Assembly (NCBI GenBank): GCA_002189035.1
Contig: NEEC01000024.1
Span: 496,001 to 560,000 of the forward strand
Length of the DNA stretch: 64,000 nt
From: Utricularia gibba
Lineage: Eukaryota; Plantae; Magnoliophyta
Direction of reading: 5' to 3'
Numbering within the stretch: the first letter of the stretch is position 1; the number at the start of each line of letters is the position of its first letter. This document shows positions 50,922 to 62,409 of this stretch, one piece after another. The notes below the pieces were generated by a model. The model was not told the origin of the DNA and did not search any database. It saw only the letters and a list, made by a program, of their open reading frames with translations. A program made the translations under genes and the position numbers.

Positions 50922-53844
50922 TTCATTGCTTGCGCGAGCTGAGTAATCTGGCCTTGTATACTCGTGATTTGGCCCTTCATGTCCTTCTACGCAACATGCA
51001 TCTTGGAGGTGCTTTCAGCAAGAGATTTGACCATGGCCTCTAAACTGCGATTCGGTTGGTACGGAACCAAGTGTTGTTCTGGAGGTCCGGTTATCTGCAA
51101 TGGCTGAGGTGGTCCCGTGATAGTCTTATGAGGAATACCAGGCGTGTTCCCTAATGATGGTGCTTGACCAGGGGGTGCTATCTGTCTCCAGCGAAAACCG
51201 GGATGGTCTCTTCAAGGCATCTGACAATTTCCATAGTTGTACGTCCCTCGTTGGTTCTGATAAAAGGCATTGACTTCTTCCACCGGCATTTCAGGAACTC
51301 TCGATCCATAGTCAAAGTGAGAGGGCATAGAACTTGAGGTTCCTTGATATCCTTCCCTTTGTTGAAGCAAGGCTTGAAGACCAAACTTCAATGTGTCGCT
51401 CATTGCTGCAAGTTGAGCCAATACTTCTGAGTTGTCAGCTCCATAGACCGCTTTCGCTGTTCCAATGTTTCCACTAGGTGGTCTATAGGAGTTGTCATAA
51501 CGATTGGCTGTAGAATAGGAATTAGCAGCCATTTGTTCAATGAGTCTCCGGGCATCAGCACTGTGACAGTTCGCTAATAATGATCCATTACAAGCGGCAT
51601 CCATCTGTCCTCGGATCATCGGAGTCAATCCTTCATAGAAGTGCTGCAAGATCTGGCCTTCAGTAAGTCCATGCTGAGGGTAGGAGTTGCAGATTCGGTT
51701 GAAACGATCATAATACTCCTGCAAGTTTTCTCCTTCACTCTGCATCATGGTTGTCAAGGCTCTCCTTCCGGCTGAAGCTCTTCCTAATGGTGCATAGCGA
51801 TCCAACAAATTTTGAACCATCTGCTCCCATGTGGCGATAGATGAAGGTGGAAGTCCATAGAGCCACTCCAAAGCTCGTTCGGTAAGACTGAAGGGAAATA
51901 CTCTAAGTTTGACTTGATTCTCCGTGGCTCCCTTGGGGCATATGGATGCACAAGCCGTGTGCAACTCACATAGATGACAGTTAGGGTCGTCATTCTCCCT
52001 TCCAGAAAACATTGGAAGTGTCTGGAATAAGTAAGGACGTAGCTCATAGTCTTCTTCTCCATCAAAGATGATGCATAAGGGACGGTTTGAGTGATTTACA
52101 GTGATTTCCTCCTTGATGGTTCGTAATGCTGGTCCACGGTTAGCGGGAAGTAATACTGGAAAGTTTCCATGAGGTTGTTCTCCCTGGGTCTTAGGCACTA
52201 CTGGTACTCCAAAGGGTACATGTGCTGCCACGATGTCTCTAGTGATTGAACAAGACGTCTGCTCTCTCTTTTTGTCAAGAAAGTTTCGTCCACCTCTTGG
52301 TCCAAAGGATATAGAACTTCTCGCTAAGATCTCAGGCTTGGACGAGCCCTTGGTGGACCTGGCTGCATAAAAAGAGAAAAATAGAGCAGAAACGGAAACA
52401 GGGAAAAGAAACAACAAGGAAAAGGAAGAAAAAGAAAAACGAAACTCACACACACAACATCAAACGCAAAAAAAATTCAACTCCCCGGCAACGGCGCCAA
52501 AAATTTGATGCGTGTCGTTTCCAGAACAAATTTTAATATTTTTGAAACACGTAAAACACAAAAGCATAGTACGAGTGTCAAACACACGGAGTTGTTTTTA
52601 AGTGAAAGGTGAGGTACCCGAATACAACTATCACGATTTGTAAATGGTTTTGAAAGTAAAAGGTGCAAGAAACATTGATGATGAAGCTTGAGTAAAGGAA
52701 TAAGGGGGGTTTTGAATAGACAATTGAAATAAACGTAAGCGATGAACCTTAAATAAAGTAAATGTTCCTGGGATTGGAATCTTGTCCAGCTATGTTCGTT
52801 GCGTCTTCACTCTTCTTTGGTCTTCTCGAGTACTCGGTTATAGGAGTAAGGAATTGCCTACCCTCCCTTACACTTTCTTGCAAGAAGGCACAGGAATAGC
52901 CCGATGTTGCTCCTCCTTGGACGAACGTGAGAATAAGAGGCCCTACCAGCGTACCCTCACGGCTGAATTGCGCGAGTGTGCCCGAGTGTTGCCAATGACC
53001 CAATGAGTCCAGATACGAGGTCACTACCTGTCCATTGATCCTGAGGTACGGCCACAGACAAAACGCAGTCTTCCTCCTGCCAAAGGGGCGTGAGTTGATG
53101 CTTTCCACCTTGCTCGTCTCCAAAACTCGCGGGAAGTGATCAGCTAACCATGAATCTTGAATAAGGGGACTGTTACAGAAAGACTGCAACTTAGTCACGC
53201 GAAGACATACGAAACCCGTTCGGATTCAAGGAAAATGTGAAGATAAGCTAACGAAACATTGATCTGGGCATGTTCCAACCCAGAAACAGAAGTTTCTAGC
53301 CGCGAACAGCCATACAAACTAAAGGAAATGAAAATAAAGTTCTAGAGAGAAGCTAGAGGAAAATTCCTCTAGAGAGAGAAACAAAAGAGAAAACTAAACT
53401 AACTAACTTACGTCTGAACAGAATGGAACTTCAATGAGAGTCTGAGATTTCGTGTTCTTGTGATTCTGCTGAACTTAGGATGACTTGCAAGCAACGTCTG
53501 ACACTGATACGCTAATGATGTCGCCTGTCAGAGACTCCCGTGTTCCGCACGTCAAGGCTCATGATTAGGCGTCTGCAGTCTTCCGAAAATCAAGGGAATA
53601 TCAGCTCGAGAAGATCCAATTTGTCGCCATCTGATACTCTTTCTCTCACTTCCTGCCACGTGTGCGCCTCTAAAAAATCTCAATTAAAACTAGTCAAATT
53701 AATAGATAAAATACAAGATTTAGGATAATTACCCTAAACTAGATAAAAACCTAAATCTCATATTATGGACTCCTAATTAGACACTTCTAATCACATTTAG
53801 ATATAAAACCAACCTAAGAAATAGTAAGAAAATGACACTTAATA
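50922..53844 (-). mobile_element. Athila-like 5' part (LTR 52506-53844, PBS 52482-52499, gag) inserted into the cargo gene
   Basis: LTR TATTAAGTGTCATTTTC...GCATCA; PBS TGGCGCCGTTGCCGGGGA; truncated at ~50922. Confidence 0.92.
51212..52453 (-). CDS. Athila-like gag open frame (true start codon uncertain)
   Basis: LPMFSGRENDDPNCHL, VKLRVFPFSLTERALEWL, GENLQEYYDRF, QILQHFYEGL. Confidence 0.75.
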   Translation of the reverse strand: MCEFRFSFSSFSLLFLFPVSVSALFFSFYAARSTKGSSKPEILARSSISFGPRGGRNFLDKKREQTSCSITRDIVAAHVPFGVPVVPKTQGEQPHGNFPVLLPANRGPALRTIKEEITVNHSNRPLCIIFDGEEDYELRPYLFQTLPMFSGRENDDPNCHLCELHTACASICPKGATENQVKLRVFPFSLTERALEWLYGLPPSSIATWEQMVQNLLDRYAPLGRASAGRRALTTMMQSEGENLQEYYDRFNRICNSYPQHGLTEGQILQHFYEGLTPMIRGQMDAACNGSLLANCHSADARRLIEQMAANSYSTANRYDNSYRPPSGNIGTAKAVYGADNSEVLAQLAAMSDTLKFGLQALLQQREGYQGTSSSMPSHFDYGSRVPEMPVEEVNAFYQNQRGTYNYGNCQMP

Positions 53845-54900
53845 GTGGGTGCATCCATTATGTCAATGAGCGCTTCTAGGAACGACCTAATATCCCCCTT
53901 CAAACCAAGGAACAATCGTTGACCGCGGTGTACTTGAAGGTGGTTGGGAATATGGCATTTTCGAGCTATCCAATGAAAGTAAGCAATCATCGAGTGCAAG
54001 ATGGTGGAGAATGAGGGCGATCAAAAACTCACCGGGTTGTGTAGTCATTTGTACGACGCATCATCAATGAGTAGCGTATTAAGATGATGATATTTGCCCT
54101 TGAACTCTATGTTGGTGCCCCATACATGAGTCAAAAGCTTAAGCTTAACCGTGTTGTTCCTATTGTCGTGCACCGGATAACCTATGTCCACCGTCCTGGA
54201 TCCATCTCATTGGAAGATGAGCTTGTTGGCGGCTGCAGGCCCTAGTAACCACTAGACCACATCATGCAATTGTTCACTGAAACATGTTGTCAAAAAAAAG
54301 AAAGGTCAACATCGTGCAGATCCCATTGATTGCTAACTGGTCAATCTTACCATCCTTTGGAAGATCAGATGGCAACGTCAAAGTGTTCCATGTAAAACTA
54401 TATCAACTCACGTGCACCTGGTCGAAGATACACTACAACCACAACAAATAGTACAGACACATGCACCAAATATTAAATGCATGTCAAATACACCGCATTA
54501 CCATTTCGCCCGTAGATGACGGCATCCGGCTTTGGCGCCCCCACCTGACATCGCCAGGATACACAATGTTCGCAAGTACGTCATTCACGTCAAATATTAA
54601 CAACTTTCGTGGTGGGGCTGCGTTATCACTCGACAGTCCACCATATGGCCACCTTTGTTCATACCATGCAAGCCGACCACAGAGTTCAAGATTCTCTGCA
54701 TACAGTCTCTCCACTTCGGTGTACTTTGCAATGGTAGCACTGCACCCATCGTCATGTGTCGAGATCGGTGTTGGCCCATCACTGTTTCCCCCGCCTTCTA
54801 GCTGCACATCTTCATCCTCTTCATGGGTCACCTCCTCAAGATCTTCATTGTACTCTTACGTTGTCTACGGTGTCGAGGGGTTCCACACCACAGATGTTGT
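53845..54900 (-). pseudogene. FCP1/NIF-type HAD phosphatase-like gene (at least 4 exons), inactivated
   Basis: Exon A to 54502: RKLLIFDVNDVLANIV. Exon B 54432-54351: VYLRPGARELI*FYMEHFDVAI*SS. Exon C 54276-54033: KLIFQ*D...NTLLIDDASYK*LHNP. Exon D 53967-53845: NAIFP...SL/GLKGDIRSFLEAL. The three GT-AG introns have compatible phases. 5' end uncertain. Confidence 0.85.
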
Positions 54901-55790
54901 GTCCTAGGGGCATTGACAAAGGGGGGCAAGACGTCCTCTAGTGACTTTGTTCTGCAAGAGAACAAATTCACAAACCTCCTTGCTGCACGTTTTGGCAATA
55001 CCTCGATGCCAACAACGACAACAAAAAGCATGAGTACTATCGCAGACGAAGTTAGAATATTCGAAGTAATTGTTTGTGATTACCTGATGGGTGTCCAACA
55101 TTCTCTAACACTGTCAACGGGCACATAGTTTCTCACATGTCAACATCTACGAAAAACAACAGACATCTTACGCAACGACCGCAATGAAGAATTTGAACCA
55201 CTGAAGGCAAAGGTTCCTACCGTCGTAATGCTGTTATGATGAGGTTGTCAAGGATTCTGTTTTCGCGGTGCTGCTGTGAGTTTGCCGAAAGGATGGAGGT
55301 GTAAGGGTAGAATTAATGAAGTTGTTTCTGAAAGTGTTCAATGTCAGGCACCTTTATTGTGTGCAGGGGGGTATTAATATTAATTTGTTTTTGAAACTCA
55401 GAGCACCGGATTCGGCAGCACGCGGTGCTGCGGTGTGTGTAACGTAGCCCACGCATTTAGAAGCACCGCATATTGTGGATCGTGGTGTTTGGTCAAATGA
55501 AGTATTATTGTACTACCAATCACCCTCCCAAATATGCACCAGCTTCACACTCATCTACTTCTAAAATTTTGACAGCACCAGATATGATGAAACACGCGGT
55601 GCAGCGGTGTGCATAGCGTAGCCCAGGCATTTAGAAGCATCGGATATTGGTTTACTACCAAATACTTTTTCTATTATGCAAGAACTTCACACTCATATAC
55701 TTCTAAAATACTTCTATCATGAAACACGCGGTGCTGCTAGCAACTTTGGTCTCGTATATTCTTAAAAAGAAGCACGGAAGATGTGTCAAC

Positions 55791-56303
55791 CTGGAAGTGT
55801 TTAAACTTTCCTTCGGATGCACATTCTCCAGCAGCTACTGGGGTCTCTAAGAGCACCTCATGAAGGCAAAGCACCGCATGCAACACCTTTTGGAAGCAAC
55901 GAGACACAGTCTCGGTGCTCCTCCCGTAGACATGCTTCTGCACTCGCATTTTTTTATGGTAACCTAATATTCCTAAAAATATGCAAACCATCTCCAGAAC
56001 CGTAACATATTTTCCAGCCTTTAAACTGGAACGATTTTCTAATAGGCTACATAAAATACCCAAAGCATCTCGGCTAATTCTCAAGTTCTCAATGGATGCA
56101 CTGTTCACATCACTCACCAACCTACTAATATACTCAACTTGTCTAGGAATCTTGTGTGTAAGTGAATACCTGCGTCTCACCCTATATCCCCTACAATATT
56201 TTTTCCAATGTAAGTATACTAACACATTCATCTGTACCAAGTATTCGATTAATATTGTCGCGACCGCACTCAAGATGACATGACCCTCCATGAAAAAATC
56301 CAT
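55791..56303 (-). pseudogene. PIF transposase exon 1 (HTH region); no DDE exon found downstream
   Basis: 171 open codons ...VTVLEMVCIFLGILGYHKK...RSTETVSRCFQKVLHAV...FKHFQ, followed by a GT donor. Confidence 0.87.
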
Positions 56304-57419
56304 GTCCCCTCAACAGTAGCAAAAATCGAGCAAAATAAATCCACACACACAGCACCACGGATTCTGAAATTGGAAAATCATAGATAAAAACCCACTAAGC
56401 GGTGCTGCCGTGGTTGGCCTTATGCAGTGCTACCGTGGACCAACCCACCAAGAACAGAAAGCACACTTACCGGAAGACCCACCCTTTTAGCACCCAAAGA
56501 ACACGCGACGCCGCCGGCAAATCTCCAACAAAGTTTGGTTTGTAGATCTGCGTTCAAATGTGGTTCATGTGAGGGTAAAATTGGAATCGCCAAGCCTTTT
56601 TTAGCTAAACCGACCCCGCCCCCCCCCCTCGGTTTTAGCTAAACCCAGCTTGGTGGGTTCCTACCGGGTTTATGGGCAGCAGGTGGGTTTATTTTTACCT
56701 GCCTGAAACCCACGTACCAAACGTGGGTTTATCGCTAAACCCATGCCACAATCCACCTAAACCCAGGAACCAAACGAGCCCCTAATAGCTAAACACCACG
56801 TGGTGCCATGGGACCAAAAAGGAGTGAGTATAATTATTGTTTATTAGATCATACTAACTAAATTATCATATTAATTCCTTATCAAATTAGGATAGATCTA
56901 GGAGGAATAGTGACATATTCATCCTTAAACAAATATAACAAGAGGTAGACCAAAGGTTAGGAAGAATCAATGGTTTAAGTAGATTTGAATCTTTTGATTT
57001 GTTTGATGAATTATTTTTAGTTTGCATGGGATAAGGATCATGCGACTCTTGAATCCTAGATCAGAAACTAATTTGTCTTGTAAATTGCTCTTACTACATT
57101 TTGTTGTAGAAATGGTATTAGTTTAAACTTAGACTTAATCTTCCATCGTGATAAAAAACAATGCTTTGACTTTCATGCAATAAGCATCTTGTTCTTCATG
57201 TTCAATCTTAATTCCACAATATGCTCTTATTTTCTTGATGTTTGATTGAGAATTAGGTTTACAAATTTATTTGATACGAGAATTAGCATTTGTACAACAA
57301 CGTGAAAAAAATTTTCCGTTTATTAAATTGGTGCTCGGGGGGAGGTGATAACACAAAAATTTTCTTATTTTTATGATATGAAAATTGTGAGTTTTTAATT
57401 ATGTTTTGAGTGTTTATTT

Positions 57420-58719
57420 CATGATTTCAACTATTTTTTCAAATTTAGGAATAGATATGATTTTGTATGCATATGGGCTAAATCAAAGGATTTATCCCAT
57501 TGTTGTTATTAACTGTTTTTTAGCATAGTAGCAAGGTCCTGAAATAAGGCAGGAGCAAGAGAAAAATTTCGTGCAACAATTATTTAGAAAGAGATGCAAC
57601 ATAAAAGAAGGGGACAATGAGTGTAACTTTTGCTGCATCAGTCTCTAGGTTTAGACCAAGAACAGTACAAGTGTAGGAACAATAACTGCATTGGAAAAAG
57701 AGAGAGGAAGATATTTTTGGAGATGAGAGAAACTGAAGGAGAAGAGCTTCATTGGGATCTTCTTCTAGAAGCTTCAACAACACAAACGTTATAGAAGAAG
57801 ATGATGATTTTTCAGAAGAAAAATCTCCAATGTGAAGAACAAGCACCGAAACCTAGTTCAACACTACTGTTCTGGAATGTTAATAGTAGTAGATGGGAAT
57901 CAAAACTATTTCTATTTTATATTTAGTTTATTGGATATTTTAATTTCTATGACTGATTTTCTCACAATGTTTCTGATGTTTTCGTTATTTTACATTTATG
58001 AAATCATGTTTTCCTTATCACACATGAGTAGCTAGACTTTAGGGATGCCTCAAGGTGGAGGATGGTAATGTGGACTAAGGTTTATTAGATAATCTACAAT
58101 TATCTACATTAGCATTCGTTTCTATCATCTCTCAAGTAGACCTAAGAGGGGAGCGAAGATTAGTGAAGCTTGATTTAGAGATAGACCAACAAATCAAGAT
58201 GAGGTTATTAGGTGTTAGTTATTGATAGAACTGAGTATATCTAATTCTACATATTTTGCACATAGTTAGACCTAAATGAGGAATAGGTGATGATATTGGG
58301 GATTTTCTTGGCCAAAAACATGAGAAATGACCTGGGTAGATTTAGGTTGTTTAGAGTATGCACATGGAAAAATTATAGATTGCATTAGAAACTTGAACAC
58401 TACATCATCTGAACCACTTTCAAGCATCTTAGTGTTATTTTGTACACAAAACCTATCTTTGTTATCTTCTACATTGACATTTGATTTTACTTATTGAACT
58501 TCCCTACCGCTATTAGTCTGACCTTGGACTAAGAGCACCATCTATTCTACGATTTTGCATCTATTAAAACACATAACAAGCATGTGCTCCTTGTGATCAA
58601 CCCCGAACTTCCACTGTGAATTTTGTGTTTAATTTGCGTTTTATGAAGATTAGAACTTAGAAATTTATTTGATATGAAAATTCAATTTCTTGCAATGACT
58701 TAAGAATTTTCATTTATCA
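57420..58719 (+). repeat. Degenerate Gypsy LTR (family of 21810-23188)
   Basis: Colinear similarity to the reverse complement of 21810-23188, ending CATTTATCA. Start approximate. Confidence 0.7.
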
Positions 58720-60021
58720 AGAGCAGTGTTTAATTGTTGTATTTTATAGTTGATGCATTTGTGTTCTTATGGTGTACAAGTAATTTTCATTTCAATCCTT
58801 AAATTGAGAAGGTTGCTAGGAGGAATCTAAAATAAGAATCCTAAATTTTGAACGAGTCACGATAATAGGACGAGGCATGTGATATGCACAGAGCATGGCC
58901 AGATTAGGTGTAGGGTGGTACTTGGGCACATGCATAGCGAGACATGACTATGTGTGCGCAAGACATGCAGGGCGTGCGTGGAGCCAGAGTAGCGTATCTG
59001 CAAAGGGTGATGGAGTGTAGCAAGGGCACTAGTGGGTCTCGAGGAGGCCCCTGGTGAGAAAAATGGAGGCTAGGTTGCAGGATTGACAACCCTTAGTTTA
59101 GGCTCGAAAAAAAAACATTACCTGACATGTAGTGGGGCCACGAGTGACACGGTCGAGGGCTATGGGGCACATTAGGCTAGGTTGGTCAATGGCCACATGA
59201 TTTAGTTTTGGGATGTTGTAGCCACCATTTGTTTGGTGTTTGTGTATATATGATAACTTTTTTGACATGTTGTGTCATATTGTGTTGTCCCCACTTGATG
59301 GAGATGGGGTGCCATCAAGATGAACTACGGTAGCTACCTAAGCTTCAAGGTGAACACGAGTCTACAAAATCATAGAAATTAATTATGGTAAATTTAGACA
59401 ATCTAAGATTGAAAAAAAAAAACATCTTATAGTTTTGATACTAAAAGGTGAGCCATCACACCCATGAAGTCCTTGATACATCCACATTGTTCGTTTCATG
59501 AATTTAGAGTTAAGAAGACCTTAGTATATTTTTACTTTTAATTTTGCATCTTTATTGTTATGTCACTATTAATCTTAAGTATTATTATCAATTGTAACAA
59601 GTAGAATACCTAAATTTCACACTAGCTCTTTCTGTTCAATCACTTTGCTTTATATTTACCTAGATGTGGGTTTACTTATCGCTATCAACAAATCTACCTA
59701 CTGAGCACAGCGTCATTCGCTATCAAGTCATTTTCCGCATATTCCCATAAAAAATGCAGACGAACACATGGTAGTGAATTTGGATTTCAATCATTCTTCA
59801 CTGGTAGGGTCGTTCTTGTGAAGGCTGAAAGAATGCATCTAGACATCACCCAAGCACAGATTCACATCATCTCTCTCAGGATTCATGGGGAAAAAAGCGA
59901 CTGTCGTTCTTTTGTGTTGTTTAGAAAGCATTTGATTTGAGCCCAACTGGGGGTTCCCTTTTGTGTTGCTCCAAGAGCAGGAAAGGATGGGAGGTCTGGC
60001 TGGGTGGTGACTCGGCTCGGG

Positions 60022-60035
60022 GTGTGTGTGTGTGT
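60022..60035. repeat. (GT)7 microsatellite upstream of the F-box gene
   Basis: Read directly from the sequence. Confidence 0.9.
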
Positions 60036-60494
60036 TTGAATCGCTCTTCTTTCATGCCTTAAATGCTAATTGCGGTGGATTTGGACCCCTACAGCAGCCA
60101 TGGCCAACTTCTCCTTCTCTTTCTACGTGTTCACGCCTTAATCGTCGATTCTGATCATGGAGTAGGATATGTGTTGATTCGGGTCTAAGAATGAAATAAG
60201 GGGCGAGTTCGTCAATTTAGGTTCTGAGTCAGCTTTGGAAAACCCCACCATCGAATTGATCCCTTTGGATATATTTGGGGGGACGATATCTTCCAGATTC
60301 TTCTGCGACCGAACGACTTGGAGACCAAAGGAACTTATTTGGACAACAGTTTTCTTATTATCTTTTCTTTCTGCTCTAAAAGAATTCCTTTTGCGTTCCA
60401 TTTCCACCCCGTTTGGGTTTACGTGCGCGACTCTTCGATAAAGACGGGGATCTGTTTCTCTTTTGCGATTACCCCCGCGGGTTAAGAGAAGTTG

Positions 60495-61989
60495 ATGATG
60501 ATGGGTTTTGATGCAAGCATGGAAATCGGAGGCTGTGTGCTGAGTATTACTCACTGGAATGATATTCCGCTGGAACTTCTGCTGCAGATTCTGTCGCTCG
60601 TCGATGATCAGACGGTGATTGTGGCTTCTGGGGTTTGCCGGGGATGGAGAGAGGCCATTTCCTGGGGCGTTACTCGCCTCTCCTTTTCCTGGTATGTTCC
60701 TTCATCCTCAGAGATTGTGTTGGCTATCATCTTTGTAGGAAATTGCCATGTTCTCTGACTTGGTGGTGGCATTTCTCAAGAAATTCTGAAGATATTTTTT
60801 TTCAAACTTTTTGCAGTAGCTTTGCTGTCTTCACCCTCGTCTTCATCTCTTAGCTCTATGCTTGCGATTGATCTGGGGCCCTGCTTATCATTTTTTCCCA
60901 TTTTCATGTATGAAAGTTGCAGTCATGTCTGATTCCAGTCACCATTTTTTAATCAAGTTCATGTGTTGTGTGTCGTCGGCAGGTGCAAGAAGAACATGAA
61001 CAATCTAATTCTTTCACTTGCTCCCCGATTTACAAAGCTGCAAGCTTTGGTTTTGCGCCAACACAACCCTCAATTGCAGGATGATGCAGTTGAAAAAATC
61101 GCAGCTCACTGTCACGATCTGCAGGAACTGGATTTGAGCAAGAGCTTTCTACTCACAGACCGCTCCTTGTATGCCCTTGCTCGTGGTTGCCCCAACCTAT
61201 TGAAACTGAACATCAGCGGCTGCTCAGATTTCAGTGATACGGCTCTGGGACACTTGACCGGATTTTGCCAAAAACTCAAAGTCCTCAATCTCTGTGGATG
61301 TGTAAGAGCAGCTACGGACAGGGCATTGAAGGTAACAAAACACACCAGCCGTTAAATGTGTGAACTTTATGAAAAGAAATGGAAGGGAAGAGTCTGCCCC
61401 TTTTTCATCGCAGGCAATTGGTAACAACTGCCGTCAACTCCAGTCACTGAATCTTGGCTGGTGCGACCATGTTGGGGATGAAGGCGTGAAGAGCTTGGCC
61501 CATGGGTGCCCCGACTTGAGAGCCGTCGACTTATGTGGTTGCATCCTTATCACAGGTATCACAACAACCGATCCGCTCTTCACATCTCAGTTTAGACATG
61601 GGAAAACTCATTTTTTTTGTGCAGATGAAAGCGTGATTGCGCTGGCGAACAACTGCCTCCATCTGCGGTCTCTGGACCTCTACTACTGTCAAAACATCAC
61701 GGACCAAGCCATGTACTCGCTGGCGCAGAGCCGAGTGAAGAAGAAGAATGGTATTCGGAGTCGTTCATGGAATGAGGAGGGCCTTATGAACCTCAACATC
61801 AGCCAGTGCACGGCGCTGACACCCCCGGCTGTTCAAGCTGTGTGTGACTTGTTTCCGGCCCTTCACACCTGTCCTGGTCGGCATTCCCTCATAACTAGCG
61901 GCTGCCTCAATCTCAACTCCGTCCGCTGCAAATGCGGCGTTCAGCCTCACCGTCATCTCATATCTCAAGTGCCCAATCACGCCCACTGA
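60495..61989 (+). CDS. SKP2: F-box/LRR protein, SKP2A/B-like; exons 60495-60691, 60983-61331, 61414-61555, 61625-61989 (350 aa)
   Basis: F-box WNDIPLELLLQILSLVDDQTVIVASGVCRGW; LRRs LDLSKSF, LNISGC, LNLCGC, LNLGWC; C-terminal CTALTPPAVQAVCD..PALHTC. All introns are GT-AG and the phases add to 1053 nt. Confidence 0.95.
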
Positions 61990-62409
61990 GCGTGTCTAAA
62001 GCGGCGAGGTATTCGCTGTGGGCTTCAGTCATGCTTGGTGTTGGCTGCAAGCCCATTTCCATAATTTCCAAGAAGAGGGGAGAGCAACTCACCCATAATC
62101 CCCATGTATATGGCAAGTAATATTTGCTTAGATTTTCTTTCTGCCCTGTAATGCAAGGCGAGGAACTGGGGACTGCACGAAGACCGAACCACCTCATGTT
62201 TATAACTTTCATATCTTGCCCTGTTATCTTGTGAAGTAGCAAAATTTGCATGAATCTGGAATCATGGAGGGGAAAGCTTATCTCATGAGGTCCAGCAAGA
62301 CTGGAAGAAGTCAGTCAAGTTCGCTAACACCGATATCTCAAGTAGATGCTTTCGAAGCCAAAGTGAATACCTATGGGCGATACTGCTAGTGCTGGCTGAT
62401 GCATGAGTG

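Larger units (their letters stand above)
49454..56781 (-). mobile_element. PIF/Harbinger copy 2, both ends present, carrying a phosphatase-like cargo gene
   Basis: Imperfect 25-bp TIRs AGGTGCATTTGGTTGCTGGGTTTGG / GGGCTCGTTTGGTTCCTGGGTTTAG. CTAA flanks both ends (49451-54, 56782-85), giving a 3-bp TSD of CTA, or TAA if the ends are shifted by 1. Confidence 0.9.

Noticed and set aside
25491-56781. One large inverted duplication explaining all inverted homologies (26/46 kb, 31/56 kb, 32.5/47 kb, 36/50 kb)
   Set aside because: Coordinate sums are inconsistent (~72, 87, 79.5 and 86 kb). Only the two Harbinger parts are colinear; the rest are independent TE copies.
60138-60554. 138-aa minus-strand ORF upstream of SKP2, and other antisense ORFs over the two genes
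   Set aside because: No recognisable motifs; explained as shadow frames.
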